Origin: Geosiphon pyriformis uo1
Lineage: Eukaryota; Fungi; Glomeromycota
NCBI GenBank assembly: GCA_016748015.1
Contig: JAAOMT010000620.1
Span: 1-27,695, forward strand
Direction: 5' to 3'
Length of the DNA stretch: 27,695 nt
Part shown: one piece after another, positions 1 to 12,074 of the stretch
Position numbering within the stretch: the first letter of the stretch is position 1
Layout: every line of letters begins with the position of its first letter
The notes under the pieces: generated by a model
Told to the model about the DNA's origin: nothing
Databases searched by the model: none
What the model saw: only the letters and a program-made list of their open reading frames with translations
Translations under genes and position numbers: made by a program

Positions 1-3
1 TCT

Positions 4-390
4 CCCTAACCCTAACCCTAACCCTAACCCTAACCCCATCCCTAACCCTAACCCTAACCCTAACCCTAACCCTAACCCTAACCCTAACCCTAACCCTAAC
101 CCTAACCCTAACCCTAACCCTAACCCTAACCCTAACCCTATCCCTATCCCTATCCCTAACCCTAACCCTAACCCTAACCCTAACCCTAACCCTAACCCTA
201 ACCCTAACCCTAACCCTAACCCTAACCCTATCCTTATCCCTATCCCTATCCCTATAAATATCCCTATAAATATCCCTAACCCTAACCCTAACCCTAACCC
301 TATCCCTAACCCTAACCCTAACCCTAACCCTATCCCTATCCCTATCCCTATAAATATCCCTATAAATATCCCTATAAATATCCCTATCCC
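4..390 (-). repeat. Telomeric repeat array (TTAGGG)n, C-strand shown, with proximal variants CCCTAT and CCCTATAAATAT
   Basis: Tandem CCCTAA from the window start. CCCTAT variants become common from ~136. The 12-mer CCCTATAAATAT occurs at 250-273 and 346-381. Confidence 0.98.
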
Positions 391-3274
391 AAAATGCCAT
401 TAGAATTCACAAAATTGACAAGAAAAGCAACCTTGCTCTCAGACTAAACCTGAACAAAAAATTTCAAACCATAAAAAGAAAGATGGTAGATCATATCACT
501 AGAAAAATTAAGTGGCAAACCGGACTTGATCTTCAATTCCTTATAGATCAGAGCATCCCACTTGTTACATATACCAACTGAAACAAAACTGTACTGCATT
601 TTATAACTGACAATTGGATAGAAGACTACTAACACCAAATATAAAAACTGTTATCCAAGACAGCCTTTTTCAGGACTAAATTAATGAAAAAATGAACACC
701 TGAATTCGTTTTGGCCAAACTAGGCTTCAAGAGACTCTTAGTCGATAGAAAAATACTTAAATACTGATGAGATTCACCTTTTTTGGCAATAGAGATTGGT
801 GAGCCATTGATAGAAAGAGAAGGATTGCTGACTCTGCTATTAATGGGAATGGTCACTGTTTTGTTATTATTGATTGAAATATTATTAATCTGAAAAAATT
901 CACTAGCTATATTAAGAATATGCTGAGTAGCATTTTGACTACTACCAACCCAAATTGTATTGTCAACAAAAGCACCAGCAGCAAAAAAAGAAGAAAGCCC
1001 AACCCGAGATTCAGCACAATCACTTTCGAAAACAAAATGAGAATTCAACCTATATTCACACACACTTTCTTGACGCTTGATTTCACACAACAGAGGATCA
1101 TAAAATATATGTCACAGAAGGGGAGAAAAAACCTCTCCTTGGTCCAGGCTATTGTGCACGCAATAACCATCTGTCAAACCAAAATCTGTTATTATATGGT
1201 TGGTGCAACCTTTATGAACACTGCACAAAAACCGAATAAATTTGTTGCACATCTTAATTCTGACCAAGCTCTTTTTGAAGTGCTTCCAGCCAACTGAATT
1301 GTATGCCTTTCGCATGTTCTGAAAAACCAACCAAAGCTCTTGGTTCTTCTCCAGAGCATCCTCAATAACCGAACCAACAGCAAAAATGAGGGACTGCATC
1401 GTTGTATCCTTCAAAACCAAAAAATTGTCTCCATGAAAAACATTGAAAGTACTGCATGCTAAAGAAATCCTATTAGAGAGAATCTTGGAAAGAATCTTAC
1501 AAACTGTTTCAATTAAAGCAATAGGATGAATATTTGTCAGAACACTCTCCCACTCATAAGGTTTAGGGATCATCGAGACCCATGCTTCTTTTCAGAGATT
1601 GGGCACTGATTCACTAGACAAACAAGAGTTCAAAAGCACCAACAACATATCTAGAACCGACCTATCACAGTGTTTCTAAAGCTCATTAGAAATACCTGAC
1701 AAGCCAGCCACTTTACCATCTGCAAGATCAGAAACCACCCTAAAAAATTCATCATACTCGATCGAACACATAATGCCAGAAAAGGCTTTGTCAAAAACAT
1801 GTTCCAATGGCTAATATTGGTAGCACCATTTATCCAAGGTATCATTAACCACATGACACTTCCTAGTCCAACTTTCCATGACCATATCCATCTTAAACTT
1901 AACCAAATCAGGTTCCAGAATCAATTTATTGTTAACCACCAAATAATCCAACACAACTTTATGAAACAGATGCTCTAACATGCTTCTTATTGTATGACTT
2001 TTATTCACTTCAAAGCTTTCTATCCTTCTGTTTATGGCAGATCTGATGTTTGCCTTTTTAGTGTGCTAAAACTCAGTGAGCTTGGATGCCCAATAGGATT
2101 TCTTGGCACCTAGAAGAGTAAAACAAACATAACCAGAGCCCATATCAGAGTCCATCAGATACTAAACGATTGAAGCCTTAACACTGTCCAGAGAAGCCCA
2201 ACACTTTATGAGAGAATCAAAATCCACAGCACACTTTACACAAAACGCCTTAATAATCTTCAAAACCAGAAGTTCCAACTTGTGAAATCTCAAAGACTCT
2301 TTGGTAAAGACATCATTAAATTCCTTGAACCATTTTTTTTTAAACACTTCATTAGCCGAAAGAGTCATTATCTTGCGAACAACATCCCACATTGTATCTA
2401 AATCTGAAAATCTCGTAGAAGCAGCAAATTCATCTGAAAACATTGTCATATTAGCCAACATGGCACACTTAAAATCGATCTATTTACTTTCATTAACACC
2501 CTTAAAATTGAACTTCTATTTGTCTCTGTTCACTTGTTTGCAAAGAAAAATCAACTGTGTATCCAAAAGTCTATCTAAATCCAAAGACACTAAAACAGCC
2601 TAATGATCTGTGTCAAAATGTCCACTGACTCCTGAAACATCATAATAAACTATCACATTGACCAGGTTTGAAGAAACAAACACAAAATTAATTGTTTTCC
2701 TGACACCTCTGGAATTCTCCCAAGTGGGCATTTTTACAGCTGGGCTTCCAGCCAAAGAGTTAACCAATCACAAATCAAAGCACTTCTTGAAACTTGCACA
2801 CTTATAAGAACCATCTTTATTGAAATTGCCACCAAAAATGACAAAAGAAGATTCATTGACAGATTTTGCAATGAGAAAGTTAATTTCGCCAGCTTGAAAA
2901 AAACAAACCATCGATAAAACACCAGCATAGAGCCCCAAAATTGACATAGAAAGTTTATTTTTGAAAAGTAACTTAATGGAAAGAAGCCAACCAGACACCT
3001 CAGAAACTTTGCATATATGTTTAGCCAAGGAAGAGTTTATAACAATTACAACACCAGCATCCAGATGCCCAGATTCCAATCCAGAAGTGAACACCCAAAC
3101 ATCATTAAATTTGTCAGCAATCCAGGGACAAACTTTTCTTTTCAGCTTAGATTCTGTAAAAATAGAAACCAAATTGTCCATGTTCTTATACCAACAAATA
3201 ACATTATCCTGTTTTGCAGGATTATTTATCTCTCTAACATTGCATGTGGCAATCTTCCAAATGAACTTACTCAT
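391..3274 (-). pseudogene. LINE ORF2 relic: AP endonuclease + reverse transcriptase
   Basis: APE motifs: IATCNV, TESKL, GGNFN (GDFN), TINFVFV, FDTDH. RT motifs: HPIALIET, FQNMRKAYNSV, LDQGEVFSPLL, AFVDNTIW (FVDDT with D>N). Multiple stops and frameshifts. Confidence 0.92.
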
Positions 3275-5114
3275 TGAAAAGGGAGTTGAGAATTCACACT
3301 GCCAGCCAAAACCAAACTTTCAAAATGAGCAGACAAGCTCAACATAGATTTGGAGAGACTCTCTAACATATTTTCTAACTTGATAACTTGAGGAAACACT
3401 AATGAGTTCACAATCATAGCAGTCTCATCACTAATGGTCTCATCCGAACCTGCTCCCATCACTATATTACCCTCCAGATTCTGTGATGGGGGGGTCACCA
3501 GCAGTTAACATCCAAGGCTAGGCTGAAAAACTGCTGGCATGAGTAAATCTAATCTCTTAGCCAACTCACCAATTTGTCCCACGAGACTGATGAGACTGCT
3601 TTCAATACTAATTAGACATTTTTCCAATTCATTTACAACAGAAGGAAGAGGTTCACCATTAACAATGGAACCAAATTGTAACTTGCTACCAGAGGGGAGG
3701 GGAACAGAAGAAGCACCAGCAACCAATGCCCAAGTTTTACCACCAAATGCTAGGGGATGAAAGATGAGAGCAGATTTCTTTGCATAAATTCTCGCCAACC
3801 TGAGCTAGTTCTGAGCTGAAAAGAGAGTCTTTCTGCCACTTGGAAACACAGCATTCTTGACAAACCTACAACTAAGAAATGTATGACCAAAATTCTTGCA
3901 AACTACACATGATGCCAAAGAAAGATGAGACCAGCGGAGACCAACACTCTTTATAACTGGAGTCAATGCCATTGTATTAACCAAATCCAATTCAGAACCA
4001 AAACACACAGAGACACAGCAGGCACGAGAATAGTTTGAGGGATTACAATCAATAAAGCAAGTTTTCCCACCAATAGAACCAATAAAGTCTCACAAATCAT
4101 GAGCTGTGGTTCCCACAGGAAGAGTATATAGCAAAGCCCTAAAACTATCCCTGGCATCCTATGATTGTTTGTTGATATCAGCCCTGGCCACACAAACTGC
4201 ATCTTTCCCGATGAGAATAGACCACTTAGAAGCCAATAAATCAGCTTGTGTTTGATCTTCTAATTCGATGATTGCCTTTTGCTACAAACCCACCAACTGC
4301 ATTTTGATCACTTTAATCTTCCCAAATTCAGACACTGCAGCATGCACAGCCTCCACAAAAGTTCCCACAAGATTTTCCGATTCGTACGATTGTTACTAGG
4401 ATGTCTGAGATTGGTGTTTACCATAATACTATGATCATTAACTAGATTCATCACAGCCATTATTGCCTTTTTAAAAGTGAATGTCATTCGGATAATTCCA
4501 CCAAATTTTGAGGGGGTGGAGGCCCCCCCAAAACCATTCACACCAGAGAAAATTTTTCTAATGAAGCCCAACTTTTCCTGAGAGAATTTTCCAGAAACAG
4601 CCACAAAATCAATGTCCAAAACAAAAGACTTATGAATAGAAACTTGAACAGAAGACTTGAGTGAAAGAGGAGGTAGAAGGAGAATAGAATCATCTAACAC
4701 ATCATTATTATTATCACTTTTCTTACTGAAATCAATCATGCCCAAAGACTTTTCAAGAGTGCATTTTGTGACTATCCTTTTGGGACCTTTGGGTGTTATT
4801 TCAACATCATTGCCATCAGACTCTCCTTCACTTTCCAGTTGAAAGCTGGTCTCCTCCACCAAGTACTCTTTTTCCATGTTAACACTTTTTGACTCAGTAG
4901 TATCCCTACAATCTTGGTTAACCAAAACATTAGATGTGCTATCAGTAGAAATACCAACTACTTTGAGGGGTTTTTCCAACAAACCACTTTTGCACTTTTT
5001 TCTAGAAGATGAATCAACAACAACAGGACTGGAAATCAACTTCTTCTTGGACTCTTTTATAACAAAAATACTACCACAGTCGGCAGCTTTGTATTCGAAC
5101 AGAAAAGGTTTCAT
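3271..5114 (-). pseudogene. LINE ORF1 (gag-like nucleic-acid chaperone) relic
   Basis: Fragments 4308-5114, 3963-4202, 3805-4008, 3505-3798 and 3271-3498. CCHC knuckle CVVCKNFGHTFLSC. Heptad stretch VVNELEKCLISIESSLISLVGQIGELAKRLDLL. The stop overlaps the ORF2 ATG (ATGA). Confidence 0.85.
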
Positions 5115-5210
5115 AGTATTTAACTAAATAGCAAAAGAAAATAGAGGTGGTAAAAACTACTTTCAAAATTTGCACTTTTTTGGGGAATTTAGGACATAGG
5201 AGAAAAAGAG

Positions 5211-6050
5211 TTTTTTAATTTTCTTTTTATTTAAATATTAATTTAATTTTTATTTTAAACATTATATATTTAAGTTTTAATAACTTTATTATTACTTTTA
5301 TATTAATACTTTATATTTTTATAAAATTTTTATTTTTATTAAATAAATTTTTTATTTTTTATTATTAAAAAACATATATTATAGTTTTTATAAATTTTTA
5401 AACAATATTAATAATATTTTTAAATTAAAAAATTTTTTAATATTTAAACTATTTTTAAAAATAAAATTTCTGTTTTTGTTATATTTTTATTATTATTTTA
5501 TAAGATAATAATTTTTTTGTCTAAAATTTAATAGCTATTATTAATAATACTATAATTAAAAAAAGTTATAAATAGAACTATTTATGGTTTTATAAATAAT
5601 ATTTTTAGACAAAATTTAAAGATTTGGTTAAAAATATTAAAAACTTAAATAATAAAATAAATTTAATTTTAAAAATACTTTTAAATATTTGTATTAAATA
5701 ATTTAAAAATATAAAAAGTAATTTTGCAAAAATAATAAAATTTTTTTTAAATACTAAATAAAAAACACATAATAAAAGTAAAATTTTATTATACTTTTAA
5801 TTAAATACTTTAAAACTAAAAAAATAAATACAAATAAAATAATAGTTTTTTTATTTTTATATTTTATTGCTTTAAGATTTAAATAATTAAATCTAAAAGT
5901 TTTTATTAAAAAAATTTAATTTTAAATATTAATTTATTAATAAATATCAAAAAATTATTTTTTATAATAAATAATTTTAAAAGACTATTATTTTTTTAAA
6001 AGTTTAAAAAATTATATACAAAATAATAATAGAAACAAATACAATAAAAT
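5211..6050. other. Extremely AT-rich spacer between two divergent LINE 5' ends
   Basis: Almost no G/C and no ORF. Possibly fully decayed repeat DNA. Confidence 0.7.
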
Positions 6051-7277
6051 TTCTTTTTTTTCTATATCTAAAATTTCTTAAAAAACACTTTTCTAAAAAA
6101 AAGTTTTAATTTTTCTTGTTGTTTTTTTTCAATATTTCTTTAATTAATAATCTTTTTGTTATAATCTTGGAAACTGTTTCAAGTAGTAATATGTCTAAAA
6201 AAAACATCTAAAAGTGTTTTTTATGATTTTACTGGTGGCTTTTTTTTTTCAGAAAAAGAGAATTGTTTTTAAAAATGTAAAACACTTTGGTAATAAAAAA
6301 AATATCTCTTTGGTCAAGTCTGAGTTTGACAATAGTGTGTATTCTGATGTGGACAGTATGTCTAATAATAATAAAGACAATAATATAGCTGGTATTAATA
6401 GTGGGTCTTTTCTAAATTCAGCTGTGACTACTTCTAAAGCAAAAAAAATAGTTACTGGTTTGAATTGTGGTTCTCTTTTTGGCTCTATTAGTTTTAATAT
6501 AAATAAGAAAATTGGGCTCCTTCTACTTTCTCTTGATATCTCTTTGGATAAAAAATGAGTAAATTCTAAAATAATAAAAACTCAAGTAGAAGTATTTGTT
6601 AGGAAATTATTTGCTTTGAATATTAATTTCTCTGCAATAGAAGACAAATTAGCAACAGCAAAAACTTAGTTAATAAAAATATTGTTTTTAACTATCATAA
6701 TTTTAGGAGAGCCACTACTCTTTCAAAATTTGAAAAAATCATTAAATTTACCTTTATTTTAGAAGCAAGCATAGAAAAAGCCACATTATTGGCCAGAGAA
6801 AAGAAGATCAATGTAAATAGCAATTTCAAGAAACAAAAAATATGCTCAGATTAGACTGTAATCATTAAGGAAATTTCTATAAATATGCCAAGAAAAATAA
6901 TTATTGTTACAGTATTTAAGTTTGGTCAAATTGTGTCTATTAAAATTCAGTTTATTGAAATATAGCAGAAGGCTGTGGTAAAATTTGCTAAATCAGATCA
7001 AGTAAATTAACTGGTAATAAAATAGTCATTCTTAATTAAGAAAAACTCAATGCATATATCTAAAACTGTAAAAAATTAAGAAACTTGAATGTTTAGAGAT
7101 TGGTTTAGAATGTTTTTGTTTATCTTGTTTGTAAAAATGACTGTTTATAATTTGGATACTCTTTTGAAAGGAGCTGGTAAGAAAACATGTGTTATTAATT
7201 ACTTACTTAAGACTGACAACTGGGTCCACTGTGGTTGGTTTTGAATCTGATAAAAATCTAGAATCTGTCTTTTGTAC
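6051..7277 (+). mobile_element. Second LINE (related family): 5' UTR + N-terminal part of ORF1, heavily mutated, interrupted by LTR A
   Basis: ATG at 6191. The translation parallels ORF1 of the first LINE (KTQVEVFVRKLFALNINFSAIE vs SVQVSIHKSFVLDIDFVAVS; ATTLSKFE vs ASTPSKFG; GKKTCVIN). The 5' terminal motif matches 5175-5210 reverse complement. Confidence 0.85.
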
Positions 7278-8122
7278 TGTTACAGATGATTATTTAGGGT
7301 CTCAAGTAAAATAACAAATCCGTAACTTGGTGCTTAGTTGGTATTTTGGTGTTGAAATCTGAAGGTTTTGTTGTAGAGTTCTTTGTATAATAGACAGAAA
7401 TTTAATAATTGTTTTTAGTAGCCTCCCAGAATCACAATTCCGTTGAATTTTTTTCTCAGTGTGGTGGCCAGTAATTTTCTTGGTAAGCTATTCTCAAATC
7501 TATAAGTGTTCTACCCTTATTTCATGGGTCTTTTACCAGTCTCTATGACGTCTGTATCTCAGTGCTTAATCCTTAATCAATTTAGTAAAACCAAAAAAAT
7601 AACAAAAAGAAAATAAAAAAAATAAAAAAATAACCAAAAGCAATTGCAAGTTAGTATCTCGTCAATAGCCATAATCAAAAGCTATTGTTTTAGTGTGGTT
7701 AAGTATCAGTTACTATCAACATGAAGTGTTGATAGTGGAGAGTGAATTGAAATGGTGAATAATTATTTATTGATATTTGTGATATGGAAGGTTTTTAACT
7801 GATGGATTCTGTTCTTTCTACTTTTAACACTACTGCTATATATACATAATTTGGGTTTTATAAGATTGCTTACATTCTCAAGCAATGTGCTATAATTTCT
7901 CAAGCAATGCTCACATTGCTGAGCAATATGTCATATCTTTTTGACATTGCTCTACATTGCTGAGTAATGTGCCATAAATTCTTATATTGCTCCATATTGC
8001 TAAGCAATGTGCCATGATTTTTGACATTGCTCCATATTGCTGAGCAATGTGATCACATGTTAACTACTACTCACTTATTGGTCTACTATTTTTCTATATT
8101 TGTTTTCTTTTTATGAGTAACA
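7278..8122 (-). repeat. 3' LTR of element A (845 bp)
   Basis: TGTTAC...GTAACA inverted termini. It follows the PPT on the minus strand. A TATA-like TATATATA lies at ~7837-7844. R/U5 is similar to the LTR at 13593-14387. Confidence 0.9.
7871..8051. repeat. U3 tandem array, ~40-bp unit containing the palindrome ACATTGCT-G-AGCAATGT
   Basis: About four to five degenerate copies, e.g. gacattgctccatattgctgagcaatgt. Confidence 0.85.
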
Positions 8123-8138
8123 TTATCTCCTCCTTTTT
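8123..8138 (-). promoter_or_regulatory. Polypurine tract of element A
   Basis: AAAAAGGAGGAGATAA immediately before TGTTAC on the minus strand. Confidence 0.88.
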
Positions 8139-8771
8139 AATATTGAGCTCTGTTGAAATCTTCATTTTGAATTAATTCTAATACTTTTTTTCAAGTATTG
8201 TTTGTTTGACTCTGTTTCTTATGTTTTCTACTTGTGTATTGTTCATTCTTCTTCATTGGTTAATGGTTATGGTTTCTATGTCAGAGTGTAACAGTATTTT
8301 TGGATAGTTCCGAAATATGTTGTGTAATTGGTATATTGTTTTAACATATAATGTTGAATTTGTTTTCTTTCCAATAAATTCTTCAATTTGTTGTATTATG
8401 TCTTGGTTGAATATTCTCTTGGATTTGTCAATATACAACTCCTGAATATTCAACTTTTGACCTAACTGGTAATAGCAATATGATATTGGAAGTTGTTCTG
8501 TCCATTGCTTCCAATTTTTTTTTGTAAGCTCTTCTGTTGGTGCCATAGCAGATATTTTCCCAAAAGTGTTCTTCACTTTTTCTATTAAATTATCTGTTCA
8601 GTTTTTATTGTTCTTTAGTAATTGCTGATATGGTGTATTTTTTGTTTTTCTTTTGGTATTTTGATAGCAAATTGTTTGATTGTTAATGATAATTTCCATG
8701 TTTAAAGATTGTTGACTTAAGGCTTGGAATAATTGTTGAGCTATGATGTGAATATGATCTGGTATTTCCAT
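8137..8771 (-). pseudogene. Accessory ORF (~210 aa, unknown function) between integrase and PPT of element A
   Basis: ATG 8771 is in frame with ORF 8253-8576: MEIPDHIHIIAQQLFQ...NTKRKTKNT...YYQLGQKL...ITINQ*RRMNNTQVENI. Two internal stops and one slip in an A-run near the end. Confidence 0.7.
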
Positions 8772-8832
8772 TTTTCTTGGTTGCTTTTGTTATGTATATT
8801 GTGTTTTTTATATACTCTTTTATTGTTCAATT

Positions 8833-10209
8833 TTATGTGTTTGGTCCAATGATTATGATTGGTTTCAGATCTTGTAGAATTTCATCTGGTTGTACTAGTA
8901 TCTGTTGTATTCCCAATTGTGGAATGTTATTGGTGGATGATAATGCTATTTGGTGATATGGTTTCAGTCAATCACTATGTGTTGCTTTGGCTAAAATTTT
9001 ATTGTTCTATCTTAATTTATAAGCTCCATTTCCAAGAATTTCTTCTATGTAAAATGGTCTGTTTTATTTGATGTCAAATTTTCCATTCCATTGTTTTTCT
9101 GCTTTGGTACAATGTAATAGTACTTTGTCTCTAATCTTGAATTCAATTGGTTTATCTAGTAGTTGGTTATTGTGTCATTCTTTTTGTTTTTTTTGTGATT
9201 TTTGTATGTTGTTAGCTGCTTTTTATTGTCTGTTTTTCAATGTTTCTATTAAGTCATATGTTCTTCTTAACAATGTTTCCTGAAAATTGTCTTCAATTAT
9301 TGGTTCTGTTGGATAAGTGGTGACTTCTATCTCAACTGGTAATGTTGTTGTTCTACCGTATACTAATTCAAATGGTGTTGCTTGTGTGCTGTCTTGTTTT
9401 ATTGTCCAATAAGCAAATAATACTGATGGTATGAACAAATTCCATTCATCCTGGTTTTCTTGACTAATCTTGGCAATTGCTTCACACAGTGTTTTATTGA
9501 ATCTTTTTACTAATCCATTGGTTTGTGGATAGTATGGTGATAACAGTGGTCTTTTGATTCTGAATCTTTGACTTAATTCTGTTAATGTTTTGTTCACAAA
9601 GTGAGTTCCTTGATCTAATAGTAGTTCTTTTGGACATTCATGTTGACAAATCAAATTTTGATAAACAAATTTGGCAATGGATTCTGCATCTGCTCTTTGA
9701 ATTGTTTTTGCTTTTGGCCATTTAATGAGATAATCCATGACTACTGCAATATATCTGTTGCCTTTGCTGGTGATTGTTAATGGTTCAACTAAGTCAATTC
9801 CAATTCAATCAAATGGTTGTCCCACTTTGATTGGTTTTAATGGTTCACTGGGTTTTGTTTCTCCTCTTCTCTGACAAGCATCACAATTTTGAACATATTG
9901 AATGATGTTTGGATACATTAATGGCCAATAGTATCTTTTTCTAGTTCTTTCTATGGTTGCTTCTTTATGAAAATGTCCTGCTGTTGGATCTGAGTGCATG
10001 TTGAATAATATTGTTTCTTTCTTTGGTTCTGTAATTACTCTAATTGGTTGATCTGAATTCTTTCTGTTTTTCCAGTAAAGTATATTTTGATGGTTGATAA
10101 AATATTTTGATTGTTGTTTTATGCTGTTTTGTTCTTTTTGAGATAATTTCTTCTTGAACAATTGAGTATTTATATAATATTGGAGTTGTTAATATTTTTG
10201 TGTATTCAT
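8833..10209 (-). pseudogene. Gypsy integrase relic of element A
   Basis: HHCC (HSDPTAGH...CDACQ), DDE core (GIDLV, LLDQGTHF, NGLVKRFN with E>K) and a GPY/F-like RPFYI. No chromodomain. Confidence 0.93.
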
Positions 10210-10239
10210 CTTTTGTTGTATTTTTGGATTGAAATGTTT

Positions 10240-12051
10240 TTAAATTTGTCTTATTCGCAACAATTCGTCAATATTTTCATTGTCTTTTTCTTTTTTATAA
10301 TGTACAATATAATTGAATGATGAAAGTTTTATTTTTCATTTGGTATGGCAATTATCTCCAAATTCTTGTTTCTGAATTGAAATCAATTCCTTGTGATCAG
10401 TATACACATCAAACTTTTGACTTAAGTATTCCTTCCACTTGATAACAGCCCAATAGATAGCTAAGTGCTCTAATGCTGGAGTACCATAGTTCTTTTCAGC
10501 TGGACTTAAACTTCTACTGGTATAAGCTACTGGATGTTTTCTTCTATTCAGTCCTTTCTATAATAGTATTGCTCCCAATGCTTGGACAGATGCATCAGTA
10601 GTGATGATAAATAGTTTGCTGTGATCTGGATACATCAATACTGAAGCTTGAATAAGCTTTCTTTTTAATATGTCAAAAGCTTCTTGTTGAGTTTTTGTCC
10701 ATTCATACTTCACATTTTTTGTTTGGAGTTGGTGTAATAGTTGAGCTATTTTGGAAAAGTCTTTAATAAAGTGGCAGTAGTATCTGGCAAATCCCAAAAA
10801 TGCTCTTAATTCTATGATATTATTTGGTACTGAAAAGTTCTTGACAATTTTAATTTTGTCTGGATCCGTTTTGATTCCATTTTTGCTTATGATATGTTTC
10901 AAAAACTTGAATTCAGTTTTTCTAAAGAAACACTTAGTTGTATTTAGTTTTAATCCAGCTCTTCTTAGTCTCTTAAACACTTGCTGAAGATGATATAGAT
11001 GATCATTGAATGTTTTCAAGAACATATTGGTATTATCCAAGTATACAACTACTGATTTTCATAGTAATCCCATATATACAATTTCCATGAGCCATTGAAA
11101 TATTGCTGGAGCATTCATCAAGCCAAATAGCATGACTTCAAATTCAAAATTCCCTTCTCTTGTTATGAATGTGGTCTTTTTTTTGTCAGCTGAATTCATG
11201 GCTACTTGCCAGTAACCACTGTTTAGATCTAATGTTGAGAACTATTTATTTCCTCCAAAAGCGTCAAATACTTCTTGAATCTTTGAAGTTAGATAGCTAT
11301 TATCTTTAGTCACTTCATTCAGTTTCTGATAATCTACACAAAACCAAATTTTTCCATTCTTTTTCCAGACTAGTATCACTGGTAATAACCATGGGCTCAT
11401 TGATAGCTGAATTAGCCTGTTGTCAAGCATTTGGTTAATTTCTTGATGAATGATCTCATGGCTAGCTGGTAGTACTTTGTATGCTCTTTGCTTAATTGGC
11501 ATTGTATCTTCAGTCTTAATCTGATGTTGAATGATATTGGTACAGCCAAATTTATTTTTACTAACAAAGATGTCATTGAAATTGTTGAGTAACATTCTTA
11601 GTTGCATCTGTTGGAATAAGTCTAAATTTCTCATGTTTATCTGTTCCAGTTGTTTTTGTTGGAGCAAATAACATTCACTTTGTCCATAGATGGTTTGTGA
11701 TGTGATGTCCACATATTCGCACAGTTGTAAAAAATCTGGAACCTGGTTTGGTGGTTGATCTTCAACTTGAATGGTTAAATATCCAATGATAGTTCTCTTT
11801 GGTATTTCAATGACATTTCTGGTTGTGTTGTAGATGGGAATTTTGATGTTTTTGGGGCTTTTGGCTGATATGTAGAGATTAGTGAATCTAATCTCTCCTG
11901 ATTTGCAAATAGTGACTTCTGCTTCAAACAGCTGAGCTTGATTCTTTACTTCTCTTTTTATAGCTAACATATACTGATTATATGGTAGAATGGAAATTGT
12001 TTGACGGGTTGAGATAATTTCTCCTTTGTCAACAATTTTTTCCTTTGCCAT
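10240..12051 (-). pseudogene. Reverse transcriptase + RNase H relic of element A
   Basis: SPW...[34 protein letters not shown] (YLDD with D>N), TTDASVQALGA and ENIDELLR (DxLSR). Confidence 0.94.
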
Positions 12052-12074
12052 ATTAACTGGTACATTTATTCTAC

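Larger units (their letters stand above)
391..5210 (-). mobile_element. Non-LTR retrotransposon (LINE, APE+RT type), 5' end intact, 3' end truncated by the telomere, decayed
   Basis: An ORF1-like region (CCHC knuckle, coiled coil) is followed by ORF2 with APE and RT motifs. The 5' terminal motif is shared with the second LINE at 6051. Confidence 0.92.

Noticed and set aside
920-5127. Plus-strand ORFs (920-1297, 2301-2603, 2961-3347, 3017-3277, 3539-3760, 4657-4842, 4876-5127)
   Set aside because: These are antisense shadows of LINE coding sequence with no recognisable motifs.
391-5210. Telomere-maintaining or telomere-targeted retrotransposon (HeT-A/TART, TRAS/SART type)
   Set aside because: The element meets the telomere mid-ORF2 with its 3' end missing. 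There is no tail, and no telomeric repeats on its other side.
5211-6050. Centromere, origin or organellar insertion
   Set aside because: Only AT richness supports it. No diagnostic motif or gene remnant is visible.
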